DNA of 64,000 nt from a virus. Taxonomy: Duplodnaviria; Caudoviricetes. The DNA lies in the IMG/VR virus record IMGVR_UViG_3300047446_000164, positions 1,868 to 65,867 of that record, one strand, 5' to 3'. Below are positions 27,438 to 37,056 of this stretch, piece by piece. The position numbers were made by a program, and so were the translations under genes. The first letter of the stretch is position 1; the number at the start of each line of letters is the position of its first letter. The notes beneath the pieces are model-generated. The model ran no database searches and was not told where the DNA came from. It was given only the letters and a program-made list of their open reading frames with translations.

Positions 27438-27605
27438 CTATTCTCCAACATCTGCTCGATCCGGCTGACGGCTCTGCGGCAGCAGGTGCCAACCCAGGAT
27501 GCGACGGATCTCGTCAGGGCATGGCGGTGGGTCCAGCGGGGCGTGGGTGCGCGATTCGAGCCATTCGCGGACGTCTTCCTTGGAGGGCTTTGTCGTCTGC
27601 GTCAT
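27438..27605 (-). CDS. Small hypothetical protein
   Basis: MTQTTKPSKEDVREWL...PPCPDEIRRILGWHL. Confidence 0.65.
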   Translation of the reverse strand: MTQTTKPSKEDVREWLESRTHAPLDPPPCPDEIRRILGWHLLPQSRQPDRADVGE

Positions 27606-27615
27606 GTTCGATCCG

Positions 27616-28023
27616 TCATCGGCGGAACGTGTAGCGGGCACTGCTGGAGCTTGGTAACCCTGGATCGTAGAGGGTCCGTTCAATGCGCAAATCTCGCGCA
27701 TCTGGCGCGGAGTCAAGATGCATGGCGGCATCCAACTTCGCTTGCAACTCGGCGGCACAGCGTTTGCTATCCCTATTACGCCGGCCGGCCTGAGCTGTTT
27801 TCGCGTTGTCGCGGGGGTAGCCCTTGCGGATGTTCCCTAACTCGTATGCTCCTGAGTCGTGCAGCCGCTGCATCTGCAAGCAGTCATGCCCACGTCCACG
27901 ACGGTCAATATCATCACCCCACCAATTCACCCATTCTTCGAAGCTCAGTCGGAACGGAATATCACGCTCAGCCGCCCTGCTCTTCTGCGCCCGGTAGGCG
28001 CGACGTAGTTCGGCTTGCTTCAT
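27616..28023 (-). CDS. Putative His-Me finger (HNH-like) nuclease
   Basis: LSFEEW..WW, CLQMQRLHDSGAYELGNI resembles the beta-beta-alpha signature. Confidence 0.55.
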   Translation of the reverse strand: MKQAELRRAYRAQKSRAAERDIPFRLSFEEWVNWWGDDIDRRGRGHDCLQMQRLHDSGAYELGNIRKGYPRDNAKTAQAGRRNRDSKRCAAELQAKLDAAMHLDSAPDARDLRIERTLYDPGLPSSSSARYTFRR

Positions 28024-28040
28024 GATTCACCCCATAAATG

Positions 28041-28063
28041 CAAAAACCCGCACATGGCGGGTT
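28041..28063 (-). terminator. Candidate tR'-like terminator
   Basis: AACCCGCCATGTGCGGGTTTTT just downstream of the candidate late promoter. Confidence 0.65.
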
Positions 28064-28080
28064 CTGGGTTCGTTCCAACA

Positions 28081-28108
28081 ACTATAGTGTGATGTGAACT
28101 ACATACAA
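28081..28108 (-). promoter_or_regulatory. Candidate late promoter (pR'-like)
   Basis: TTGTAT-16 nt-TATAGT on the minus strand, followed by a terminator, downstream of the Q-like gene. Confidence 0.5.
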
Positions 28109-28406
28109 CTTGTACACGCGAGCGCTTTCCCTAAACGGTGGGGTGCTAGCCTCGAATCACTGCTATCGGTGAGGCTCGAAGCCTGCATTACGAGTACGGT
28201 GAGTGTATGAGTCTCGACGTTAACATAGTGTGGCAAGGTGCACAAGTAAAATATTCGGACCGCCCGGAAGCCTCGCAAATACATAAAAACAACGTCGCAA
28301 TGCACTTATTGTTGAAATTGAATTGTCAGGATACTATTGATTAGCACATGCGCAACGCGTGTGGATGTCCACCTCACTCTCATATCCAATACCCAGGGAT
28401 GACAAC

Positions 28407-29525
28407 ATGAAAACTCCAAAGTTGGTAGGTGCTTGTATGATGGCTTTTGCTTCAGCCCTCTCGTTCGCTGCAGAGGACGGGTGCGAGGATGTTCTTAAGT
28501 ACAGTTCGCGAAATTTCGAAAAGACGCAGTCCGACATCGGAATAGCGCTATCGGTGTACGACCAGTATTGCGAAAATTCTTCAGTCAAATCCGGGACGTC
28601 GTTTAATGCCGGCCTCGGAGCAGTTATCGAAGCAGTTCCAATAAACTTCAACCTCGGCTCAGGGAGCACACAAGAGCGGACGAAGCACTTCTGCAAGACC
28701 TTTGATAGTCAATATAAAAGCAATCAGAAATATTTTCGGGACGTTTCTACAGTCGTTAACGAGTCCACGTCCGCCTGGTTATCCTGTAAGTCGCTGGCGA
28801 GCAGGGGTGTGATATTTAAGCCGCAGATAGCGAACACGCTGTTCACAATCGAGGTCACCCGCATGACCCCAGAGGAGGTCTCGGTGAACGGGGTAACGTT
28901 CGATGCTCAAGCGGCGTCCTGCAAGGTGCCCAATGACGACATCAGCGCGTCCACAGTCGATGCGACTTCGAACACCAGAAAACGCTTAGATAGTGGTGTC
29001 TGGACGTTGACCTGCACGCGAACACCAATAGAAGACCGTGGCACGAAGAAATATCCTGGCTTTGACCTGGCGATCGCCACAACAAAAGGCAGCCTTGTGC
29101 TGCCGATCGCTGCGGAAGCTTCGCTGCCAATTCAGTGGGCGACCGATATCCAGCGAAAAATCACCGCTCTGGAGGGTTCGTCCAGCTCTCACACCTCGAG
29201 CCTCAAAAAGCTGACCTTTGCGTCAGGCATAATCCCGATGGCCGCAGTCAATACCCGCCCGCTCCTTGACGGCGGACAGTGCCCGGCGAACTCGGACGCA
29301 ACGCGGGGAGAAAGGGGCGGGAGAATTATATTCCCGGCGCCGTTTCAGGAGCCGCCACATGTGAGCATTGCCCTTTCCAGTTTCGATTTAACCGGAAGTA
29401 CTAACCGACTTACAGTGACAGTGACAGGCGTCGATACTCAGGGCTTTAATTATCAATATGTGACTTGGTGCGACACGAAAATTTGGAGCTCTCAAGCTAC
29501 GTGGATCGCCATCCCAAAAACCTGA
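28407..29525 (+). CDS. Secreted Cys-rich protein with C-terminal H-type lectin-like domain
   Basis: Signal peptide MKTPKLVGACMMAFASALSFA; C-terminal IIFPAPFQEPPHVSIALSSFD...RLTV...GF...TWCDTKIW....WIA. Confidence 0.75.
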   Translation: MKTPKLVGACMMAFASALSFAAEDGCEDVLKYSSRNFEKTQSDIGIALSVYDQYCENSSVKSGTSFNAGLGAVIEAVPINFNLGSGSTQERTKHFCKTFDSQYKSNQKYFRDVSTVVNESTSAWLSCKSLASRGVIFKPQIANTLFTIEVTRMTPEEVSVNGVTFDAQAASCKVPNDDISASTVDATSNTRKRLDSGVWTLTCTRTPIEDRGTKKYPGFDLAIATTKGSLVLPIAAEASLPIQWATDIQRKITALEGSSSSHTSSLKKLTFASGIIPMAAVNTRPLLDGGQCPANSDATRGERGGRIIFPAPFQEPPHVSIALSSFDLTGSTNRLTVTVTGVDTQGFNYQYVTWCDTKIWSSQATWIAIPKT

Positions 29526-29555
29526 GCGCTACCGCTACGATCTCAGACAGGCAAG

Positions 29556-30122
29556 CTACAACGGCTTCGTCACCATCGAATATGCATTCGTCCGGAGCGA
29601 AGCCGCTGCCCGTCCATTATGTGCCAGCAGCAGCCCCTCCAGTTCACTGACCATATCGAGCGCCTTCTCGCGCTCAAAGCCGCCACCACCGATTTCACCG
29701 CGACCAGTTCCCTTGCAAGGCACACAAATGCGCCGATCGACCGTGTTGCCGCTGCCAGAGCACGTTGAGCACTTTCCGTCCAGCCAGTGCGCCAGCGAGC
29801 GCTCGGCCACACGCCGGTACAGCGCCTGCGCAGCCTGCGCATCCCAAGCGCTGCCCTCACGAACCCACTTCCGCTCGCGGCCCTTCTCCATCACGCGCGC
29901 GGTCCAGATGCGCAGCAGCTGGGCCAGGTTGGCACTGCCGGACTCGAACAGCTTGTGCTGCGTGCCGTCGGCGTACTTCACGCGCGAGAGCAGCGAGCCG
30001 ATGCCTGCGCCGGCGGTGTCGGCCAGCGCCGCCGCGCACAGCGCATCCGTGGCATGGTGGTGCTCATCGTCGCGAAGGTCGGACGAGTTGACGGCATGAA
30101 GGTATCGGTCGGCAAAGCCCAT
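29556..30122 (-). CDS. Q-like late antiterminator
   Basis: Two CxxCxGxG repeats; last gene of the early-right operon. Confidence 0.65.
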   Translation of the reverse strand: MGFADRYLHAVNSSDLRDDEHHHATDALCAAALADTAGAGIGSLLSRVKYADGTQHKLFESGSANLAQLLRIWTARVMEKGRERKWVREGSAWDAQAAQALYRRVAERSLAHWLDGKCSTCSGSGNTVDRRICVPCKGTGRGEIGGGGFEREKALDMVSELEGLLLAHNGRAAASLRTNAYSMVTKPL

Positions 30123-30199
30123 TTCGCTGCTCCAAGAGGTGTGGCTGGACGTTAACACAGGTATTGCCGTTGCGCTAGACTGTCGATGTGGCAACTCGC

Positions 30200-30610
30200 T
30201 CAACCGCGCAATTGGCGCAACGCTTTCTCGTAGGCGGCTGCCAGCATGCCGACCTCAAGCTTCGGCAGCGCGCGGACGTAGTAGCTGATCGCCAGACGAA
30301 TAGCCGCGTACTCGCCGGTGGTCAAGTCGAGCAGCGCCGTCGGACGCGCGCAGGCCTTGCGCAGATGGCCCCACGCCAGCACCGTCTTGTCGTAGAGCCT
30401 GCGGTTACCCTGCTGCGACCAGATCGCAGCGCTCGTCAGCAGGTGCTCCGTCAGTGTGTTGGCCAGCGCGCCCGGCGCGGCGCCACGCTTCGCCGCGTCC
30501 AGCGCGATCAGCACCAGCAGCGCGGTCTTGTCGCCCTCCTCCTGCCCGACCGGCTGCTTGGCGGCCAAGAGGTCCAACGGGTTCAGCAGGAAGTGGTCGC
30601 GCCCGCTCAT
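30200..30610 (-). CDS. Hypothetical phage protein
   Basis: Coupled to the DnaC-like gene stop. Confidence 0.7.
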   Translation of the reverse strand: MSGRDHFLLNPLDLLAAKQPVGQEEGDKTALLVLIALDAAKRGAAPGALANTLTEHLLTSAAIWSQQGNRRLYDKTVLAWGHLRKACARPTALLDLTTGEYAAIRLAISYYVRALPKLEVGMLAAAYEKALRQLRG

Positions 30611-31389
30611 GCCGCAACACCTTCACGCCGGCTGCGGTACGACTCCCAGTCGCACACCACCAGCTGGCCGCCGCCCTCGCGCAACCGGTCGAAGGCCCGG
30701 GCGCCGAGGTATTCCTCCAGCGCCTTGATGGCCAGGTTGCTGATCACGATCGTCGGCCGGCCGGCTTCGTAGCGCCCGTTGATGATCTCGAACAGCACAA
30801 GCTTTTCGGTATCGGTGCCGTGCTGGACGCCCACCTCATCGAGGATCAGCAGGTCCGGATCGACCAGGTCGGCGATGGCCTGCGCCTCGGTGCGGCTGTT
30901 GCCCTTGGCGTAGGTTTCCTTCACGGAGCGGACCGCGCGCATCACCGAGGTGAACACCGGCTGACCGCCCTGCCCCAGCACGACGTGAGCAATGCCGATC
31001 GCCAGGTGGGTTTTCCCAGTGCCGACGTCGCCGCAGAGGATCAGGCAGGCGCCGGCCTTGCGCACCGCGGCGAAGTTCGAGGCGTAGCGGGCAGCGATGC
31101 GCAGCGCCTTCTCGGCCTCGTCGCAGGTCGGCACGTACGTTTCGAGCCGACGGTCAGCAAAGCGCTCAGGAATCGCCGCGCGGCCCAGCCGAGCATCCCA
31201 GGCCCGGCTACGCAGTTCGGCCTGCCAGGAGGCCTGTGCTGCCACCGCAGCGGCATTCTCGGTAGCGTGCTCGCATTGCACACAGCCGGACCAGCCACCA
31301 GCCAGCAGCAGCGAGGTGTATTCGCCGTGCAGCTGGCAGGTTTCGAGCATGGCGCTCATATAGCGCGGCCGGCGATCAGAACTCGCCAT
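30607..31389 (-). CDS. DnaC/IstB-like AAA+ helicase loader
   Basis: GDVGTGKT, LLILDEVG, TIVISN, DRL, WESYR; N-terminal zinc motif. Confidence 0.9.
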   Translation of the reverse strand: MASSDRRPRYMSAMLETCQLHGEYTSLLLAGGWSGCVQCEHATENAAAVAAQASWQAELRSRAWDARLGRAAIPERFADRRLETYVPTCDEAEKALRIAARYASNFAAVRKAGACLILCGDVGTGKTHLAIGIAHVVLGQGGQPVFTSVMRAVRSVKETYAKGNSRTEAQAIADLVDPDLLILDEVGVQHGTDTEKLVLFEIINGRYEAGRPTIVISNLAIKALEEYLGARAFDRLREGGGQLVVCDWESYRSRREGVAA

Positions 31390-32164
31390 TTTTACCAACC
31401 CCTGCCCGGTAATCCTGCGTGGCGAAGTTCCCATGATTTCCTTTCGATTTCGACGTCGCGCCTGCGCCATTCTGAGTAACCCATTCGGCTTTGAAGCCCT
31501 GCCAGCCACGTGTGCAGCAAATCTGCAGAGCGCTGTCCAGCGAGAGGCCAGCCAGCGCAGCCTCCCTACGCACGGCATCCAATGCAGTCTTCGTGGCCGG
31601 AGCCTTCTTCGCCGTGCGAAGCTTCAACCAATCGGTGACGGTCTGCGCAGCGACACCAGAAGCCAACAGATCATCCCTGACGGAATATTTCTGCGCGCCA
31701 GCGCTATGCTTTTGATCTTCTATTTGGTTATTGGTTATTGGTTCTTGGTTAGTTTTCAATCCGCGACCTACTGGCTTCCCGGTGGGAGCCAGATCGGAAC
31801 CGGCTGGGTTACCGCTGGGTTTCGGATTGGTCGCCGGTTGCTTGCGCGGGCGACCGCCGGCTTTCCCGTTTTCGCGAGCTGTTGCGGCCTTCTGGTGGTA
31901 CTCAACGATCACCGCCTTGCAAATATCATGGTGGTAACCGTCGACTTCCTGGACGAATTTGAAGCGCAATAGCTTCTGTACGACCGCGCGCTCCTCCTCT
32001 GCCTCCACACCAATTTGGTCGCACAGTGCCTCGAAATCGAGTGTCAGCGGCTTTTCGGTATCGTAGTAGACGTCCATCATGTCGCGGTATATCCAACGAG
32101 CGACGCGCGTCATGTGAACGGTTCCCGAGCGGAAGTCGCCAATATGGAACGGGTAGTAGTTCAC
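31376..32164 (-). CDS. Replication initiator (YdaU/DUF1376 family)
   Basis: MNYYPFHIGDF, NGKAGGRP, C-terminal RGWQGF. Confidence 0.88.
   Translation of the reverse strand: MNYYPFHIGDFRSGTVHMTRVARWIYRDMMDVYYDTEKPLTLDFEALCDQIGVEAEEERAVVQKLLRFKFVQEVDGYHHDICKAVIVEYHQKAATARENGKAGGRPRKQPATNPKPSGNPAGSDLAPTGKPVGRGLKTNQEPITNNQIEDQKHSAGAQKYSVRDDLLASGVAAQTVTDWLKLRTAKKAPATKTALDAVRREAALAGLSLDSALQICCTRGWQGFKAEWVTQNGAGATSKSKGNHGNFATQDYRAGVGKNGEF
31724..31830. repeat. Candidate replication origin repeats inside the initiator gene
   Basis: Tandem TTGGTTA/TTGGTTC and two GCTGGGTT repeats in the central linker. Confidence 0.45.
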
Positions 32165-32703
32165 GAAAAATATTCCTCGGGGGTCAGGACCTCGTAGCCG
32201 TCGATCAAGTGGGACAAGATCTCGGCCGCTACCTTGTATGAGTCATCCATGATTTCCCTGCCGGTATATCGAAAGACTTTCCATCCCTCTTTCTGCATGA
32301 AGCGGTCACGTGCCTTCTCCCGACGGCGCTCCTGCTCCGTGCGCTCATGAAAAGCAGTACCGTCGCACTCAACGATTACACGCGAGGACACACCTTGATA
32401 ACGGAAGTACGAGACCATGAAATCGGCACTATATTTACCTACCGGGTATTGCGGCGATAACACTAGTCCGGTCGACCAGACCTCGACGTCTATTGGCTCG
32501 GAAAACGGCATCCCGTTCAACCGAGCAACGACTTGGAGCGCTACGTGCAACATCATCTCGATAGGCGATTGCTTGTGAGGCGTCTCCGACAATTCAGCAA
32601 AAGCGCCGCAAGAAAACGATTCAGCTTCGAATTTTCCAACCCATTCAGCTGCGCTATTGATCATTTCCATCACGTTGTTCGGGATCGTGTTAAGTTCGTT
32701 CAT
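32161..32703 (-). CDS. DUF559/Vsr-like endonuclease
   Basis: QYPVGKYSADF, IVECDGTAFH, RDRFMQKEGWKVFRY. Confidence 0.8.
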   Translation of the reverse strand: MNELNTIPNNVMEMINSAAEWVGKFEAESFSCGAFAELSETPHKQSPIEMMLHVALQVVARLNGMPFSEPIDVEVWSTGLVLSPQYPVGKYSADFMVSYFRYQGVSSRVIVECDGTAFHERTEQERRREKARDRFMQKEGWKVFRYTGREIMDDSYKVAAEILSHLIDGYEVLTPEEYFS

Positions 32704-32858
32704 GCCCTGCTCCTGTAAGTAATAATGTCGCGGATCGTGGATGCACCTACTCCAAAGCGGCGCGCGAGCGACTCATAGCCGACGCCCCTTACCCCGGGTC
32801 GGTGGAGAGCGCGGATCTCACGCACCTGGCTGTCGGTGAGCACTCGGCGGCGCGTCAC
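32700..32858 (-). CDS. Small HTH protein
   Basis: LTDSQVREIR..LARRFGVGASTIRDII; GTGA-coupled start. Confidence 0.6.
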   Translation of the reverse strand: MTRRRVLTDSQVREIRALHRPGVRGVGYESLARRFGVGASTIRDIITYRSRA

Positions 32859-33013
32859 GGCTGCACCTGCGATAATTCTGCGATAAACGCGGATGACTGT
32901 GGTGAGGCCTCCACCGGCGAACCATAAGTTTTGCCACAACCATAGAGGCGTGCTCCTATGAACTTGGCGAGCAAAAAAGCTCTCAACTCGTCGCGAATAG
33001 TCGCGGCCTTCAC
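32855..33013 (-). CDS. Small hypothetical protein
   Basis: GTG start overlapping the MTase stop; its stop overlaps the next start. Confidence 0.45.
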   Translation of the reverse strand: MKAATIRDELRAFLLAKFIGARLYGCGKTYGSPVEASPQSSAFIAELSQVQP

Positions 33014-35640
33014 GATGCATTCTCCTGGTCCAGCGCCACCAGATCGAACAACGTCGGCATGCTCGCCTCGCGCTCCGCCTCCTTCAGGTAGTGCACCTGG
33101 TCTCGGAAGTAGGCGGCGTTCAGTTCGGAACCGCGGCCTTTCCGGCCCAGCTTCACGGCGCGAACACACACCGTACCGAGGCCGTGGAACGGGTCATACA
33201 CGACGTCGCCCGGGTTCGTATAACGGCCGATTAGGCGGTCGACGATATCGATCTGGAATGGGCACACGTGATTCTCGACCGCGCGCGCGGCCTGGGCCCC
33301 GTTCAGCGTCTTCATGCGCACGATGTCGTGCCACACCATCGGATCGCTGCTGCCCGGTGCCAGGCTCATGTAGGTGGCCGGCAGCGACTTGTTCGCCAGC
33401 ATCTGCTCGCCGGTACCAACGTGCAGCTCGTAGTCGTAGACGTTGGCCAGCGACAGCTCGGTGAACATCTTCGCCAGCTTGGCCGGGCCGTAACTGGCCA
33501 GCTCGGCCGCGCCCAGCAGACGATTGCCGCTGGAGCGCCAGAAGGCGTGCGCATCGACCTGCCAACGGGCGACGCTGTAGCCGGTGCCGGGGATCGGCGG
33601 CAGCGCGCGGTCGAAGTCGACCGGTAGACCATCATCGCCGAGGCACTGCGGCTTCGCCTTCGTCACCGGCGTGTCGGCGTAGCCGCGCGCGCGGTCGGTC
33701 TGTGGCTTGTGGAACAGCAGGATGTATTCCGGCGAGCCGACGCCCATCTTCGTGCCATCCTTGCACACCTCCGAATAGCCGAGGCGATAGGTCTGGTTGT
33801 TCTCGCGCACCACGTCAGTTACCACCGTGATCATGCCCATGTAGTCGAAGCCGTGCTTCAGGCCGTGGAACAGTGCCTCGGCGTGGAACGGGCTGACCGT
33901 CGGCACGCCGGCGCCAGTGACGTTCCCGAACAGGATCCGGTCCTTCACATGACAGGCGTAGATGCGGCCCGGTTGCAGGATGCGTAGCAGCTGCGGCGTC
34001 AGGAAATCCATCTGGCGCCAGAACTGCGCGTTGTCCTGCGTGTGGCCGAAGTCATTGTAGCTCGGGCTGTATTCGTAATGGTTTGCGAACGGGATCGACG
34101 TCAGGATCATGCCGACCGAATTCTCGGGCTGCTCCAGCGCTTCCAGCACGCAATCGTTGTGCGCGACGGTGAAGTGCTCGCCGACGGCCACCTGGCGCTG
34201 CACGCCGATCGTGCGCGCGAGCGAATCCTGCATCGACAGTTGGTCCAGACCGTAGGTGCGGATGATCTCGCCCATCTTGGCCTGCATCTCGTCGTGCTGC
34301 TGCCACTTCACCAGCAGGTCTTCCAGCACCTTGCGCTCGACTTCGGTATGGACAATATCGATGATCACCGAGTGGGTCTGCTGGAAGCGCTGGACGCGGT
34401 GAATGGCCTGGATGAAGTCGTTGAACTTGAACCCGATGCCGGCAAAAATCTCGCGATGACAGTGCACCTGGAAGTTGCAGCCTGAGCCCGCGATGATAGG
34501 CTTCGTCGACAGTACTGGGAACTTGCCGTCGCTGAAGTCGGCAATACGCTGCTCGCGCTCCTCCAGATCCTGCGTGCCCCACACGCTCACGGCAGCCGGG
34601 ATTGCGGTCTGGATGGCGTGCCGCTCGTCCTCCAGGTCGTGCCAGACCACGAAATGATCTTCCGGCGCGGCAGCAATGATCTCGGCGACCTTGGCCACGC
34701 GCGCCGGCATGCTGTTGCGCTTCTCGCCGGCAGCGGCCGACAGGCCCATGGCCACGTTCGGGATCAGCAGTCCCTGGCCGTTCTTCTCGGCGCCGGCGGT
34801 CTCGTAGTTGCTGGGCACCTCGTGGTACCGGACTTCGATCGGCGGCAGATCATAGCCCTCGTCAGAATGACCCAGATCGCTCGGGCGCTGAATGAACACC
34901 GCCCAGCTGGCCACCCACAACCAAAATTCATGCTCCTTGTGGGGGTACAGCGTCAGGTTGCCGGCCTTCTCGCTGTCGCGCTGGAAGAAGCGGGTCAGCG
35001 CCTGGCCGGTGTCCATTACGCCCAGATAACCGGCATAGTGGATCAGCTCTTTGAAGCGGTTCGGGCTCGGCGTGGCCGTATAGACGAACTTGAACTCGAC
35101 TGGCTCGAACATCGGCAAGAACTCCTGGTACGTCTTGCTGCCGTAGCTGCGCAGCACGCTGGCCTCGTCAAGGCCGACGGCACCGATGCGGCTGGTGGTG
35201 ATTTTCCCTTCGCGAACCGATTCGTAGTTCGTCAAGTAGATTACGGACGGGTCGACAATTTCCGCGTCGGTGCGCACGAACTGCACCGTGATGGCTTGGG
35301 CACCCGTGAAGCGCTTCGCAGCTTCGCGAATGAATTCCTGCCTCACGCCCAACGGCAGGACGATCAGGCGGAACATCTCTGGACACCGAATGCCGATCTG
35401 CCGCATCACCTCCAGGTTGGTGCTGGTCTTGTGCAGGCCGAAGGACGCGAAGATGGCACGCTGGCCGCCGGCGAGCGCCCAACGCACGATGTCGCGCGTG
35501 TGTGGCTTGAGGCCCGGGTGAATTTGATCCAGCGGCACGTCGAAGCCTTTCTTCTGTGCCAGCTTGATTTTCTCGCGCAGGAACTGGCCGTATTCGGCCT
35601 GCACCAGCAGTTTTTGTTCTTCAGGGCTAAATGCGCTCAT
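33010..35640 (-). CDS. SNF2-like helicase fused to an amino (N4/N6) DNA methyltransferase
   Basis: GLHKT, LDEAS, TATPSPN, QAIHRVQRF; MTase TSIPF then DPFHGLGT (beta-class order). Confidence 0.85.
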   Translation of the reverse strand: MSAFSPEEQKLLVQAEYGQFLREKIKLAQKKGFDVPLDQIHPGLKPHTRDIVRWALAGGQRAIFASFGLHKTSTNLEVMRQIGIRCPEMFRLIVLPLGVRQEFIREAAKRFTGAQAITVQFVRTDAEIVDPSVIYLTNYESVREGKITTSRIGAVGLDEASVLRSYGSKTYQEFLPMFEPVEFKFVYTATPSPNRFKELIHYAGYLGVMDTGQALTRFFQRDSEKAGNLTLYPHKEHEFWLWVASWAVFIQRPSDLGHSDEGYDLPPIEVRYHEVPSNYETAGAEKNGQGLLIPNVAMGLSAAAGEKRNSMPARVAKVAEIIAAAPEDHFVVWHDLEDERHAIQTAIPAAVSVWGTQDLEEREQRIADFSDGKFPVLSTKPIIAGSGCNFQVHCHREIFAGIGFKFNDFIQAIHRVQRFQQTHSVIIDIVHTEVERKVLEDLLVKWQQHDEMQAKMGEIIRTYGLDQLSMQDSLARTIGVQRQVAVGEHFTVAHNDCVLEALEQPENSVGMILTSIPFANHYEYSPSYNDFGHTQDNAQFWRQMDFLTPQLLRILQPGRIYACHVKDRILFGNVTGAGVPTVSPFHAEALFHGLKHGFDYMGMITVVTDVVRENNQTYRLGYSEVCKDGTKMGVGSPEYILLFHKPQTDRARGYADTPVTKAKPQCLGDDGLPVDFDRALPPIPGTGYSVARWQVDAHAFWRSSGNRLLGAAELASYGPAKLAKMFTELSLANVYDYELHVGTGEQMLANKSLPATYMSLAPGSSDPMVWHDIVRMKTLNGAQAARAVENHVCPFQIDIVDRLIGRYTNPGDVVYDPFHGLGTVCVRAVKLGRKGRGSELNAAYFRDQVHYLKEAEREASMPTLFDLVALDQENAS

Positions 35641-35657
35641 GTCTTTTCCGTTTCGGG

Positions 35658-36368
35658 TTAAATTCCAGCAGCTGGTACAGCAGCGGCTTTGAGGTCTTTC
35701 AATAATTTTCGGTAGTGCGCGGTCATGGCGATCAGTTGGTCGACCGTGTAGTGGCGTGGTTCGTTGTCCGCCTCCAGCGCCTCGACGGCGGCCAGGCCGA
35801 TGCGCGCGATGACGCCGGCGCGGAAGGATGCCGCCGTCGTGCCGCCGGGCCGGTTGCAGCCCTTCAGTTGCGCGAACACGTTGCGCTCGTCGAAACGCAA
35901 ATGGGGATGGCTGCCGCGCGACAGGTAGTGGCCCGCGTCCCAAGCGCCACCAGTCAGCGTCCCGGCGCCGGCGCGGCGGCCGCAGCAGATGCACGTCCGG
36001 TCGCGGTCGCGGAATCGCACCCAGGCGTTGAACGCCTTCTGGCAGTCAGCCACGTGGTCAGCCTTGCGCTTGAACTTGGCTAGCTTCTCCTGGCGATCCT
36101 TGCGCTCGGCGCGCGCCGTCGTCTGCTTCTGCTTCTCCAACTTCGCCATGGCCAGCACCGTGCCGCATTCCGGCGAACACCAGATTACGAACGGCGCCGG
36201 ACGCACGAACTCGGCGCGGCAGGTGCGGACCGCGCACTTGTGCTTCTTCTCCCGCGTAGCTTTGGTGGCGATCTTCGTCACCTCGCGCGCCTCGATGCGC
36301 TCGCCGCGCGCGAACGCGGTACGCTTCATTGGCGCGGTGCCAGGCTTCATGAAGGTGCGGCGCATCAT
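35658..36368 (-). CDS. ninG: NinG/Rap-like recombination nuclease
   Basis: FNAWVRFRD..CICCG, DAGHYLSRG, LRFDERNV. Confidence 0.9.
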   Translation of the reverse strand: MMRRTFMKPGTAPMKRTAFARGERIEAREVTKIATKATREKKHKCAVRTCRAEFVRPAPFVIWCSPECGTVLAMAKLEKQKQTTARAERKDRQEKLAKFKRKADHVADCQKAFNAWVRFRDRDRTCICCGRRAGAGTLTGGAWDAGHYLSRGSHPHLRFDERNVFAQLKGCNRPGGTTAASFRAGVIARIGLAAVEALEADNEPRHYTVDQLIAMTAHYRKLLKDLKAAAVPAAGI

Positions 36369-36403
36369 GCTATGATGTCCTTTTGATAAACACCCAAGTC
36401 CCC

Positions 36404-37051
36404 ATGGCAATAGTTCTCAAGTGCCCTCATTGTGGCGCAAATAAAATGGCTTTTTCGCTCCACAACGAATACCTCCGCCCATCTCACGCCAACGAGGTGA
36501 TCGTAGGCGCCAGCTGCGAAGCGTGCACGATGCCCATAACAATCATTTTCAGAGGCGCTGCCAATCTGATACACAATGGCCAACGCCCTTCGCGCCATGT
36601 AGGAGACCTCATGGCACTTGGATCGCCCTGGCTGCTCGTTTCCGTGTTCCCTGATGGACCCGCCCAGGAAATGCCGGACGATATTCCTGAAGCAGTTGCG
36701 AGAGCATTCGTACAGGCAGATGGCTCGCGACTTGCTGGGCACTGGGACGCCGCCAGCAGCATGTACCGAAAAGCAATGGAACTGGCATTGAAGGCATTTT
36801 CGCCAGACATTGAGGCATGGCAAATAGGCAAGCGGATTGACCAGATGGCGGCCGAAAACCGGATCACTCCTGAGCTCAAGACCTGGGCGCACGAGTTGCG
36901 GCTGGATGGAAACGACGCGGTGCATGGAGACGAGGAAACTACCGAGGAGGCCGTCAAGAATATGCACGATTTCTGTAAGTTCTTGTTGATTTATCTCTAT
37001 ACACTCCCCGCTCAGGTTGCGAGAGCCCAGGCGCGCCGAAATGGGCAGTAG
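36404..37051 (+). CDS. DUF4145 (HEPN-like) domain protein with N-terminal zinc ribbon
   Basis: CPHC/CEAC; RKAMELAL; LRLDGNDAVH (Rx4-6H-like). Confidence 0.8.
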   Translation: MAIVLKCPHCGANKMAFSLHNEYLRPSHANEVIVGASCEACTMPITIIFRGAANLIHNGQRPSRHVGDLMALGSPWLLVSVFPDGPAQEMPDDIPEAVARAFVQADGSRLAGHWDAASSMYRKAMELALKAFSPDIEAWQIGKRIDQMAAENRITPELKTWAHELRLDGNDAVHGDEETTEEAVKNMHDFCKFLLIYLYTLPAQVARAQARRNGQ

Positions 37052-37056
37052 GTGCG

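Noticed and set aside
32700-33020. Single 106-aa ORF from the ORF track
   Set aside because: GTGA-coupled starts better support two 52-aa genes (32855-33013 and 32700-32858)
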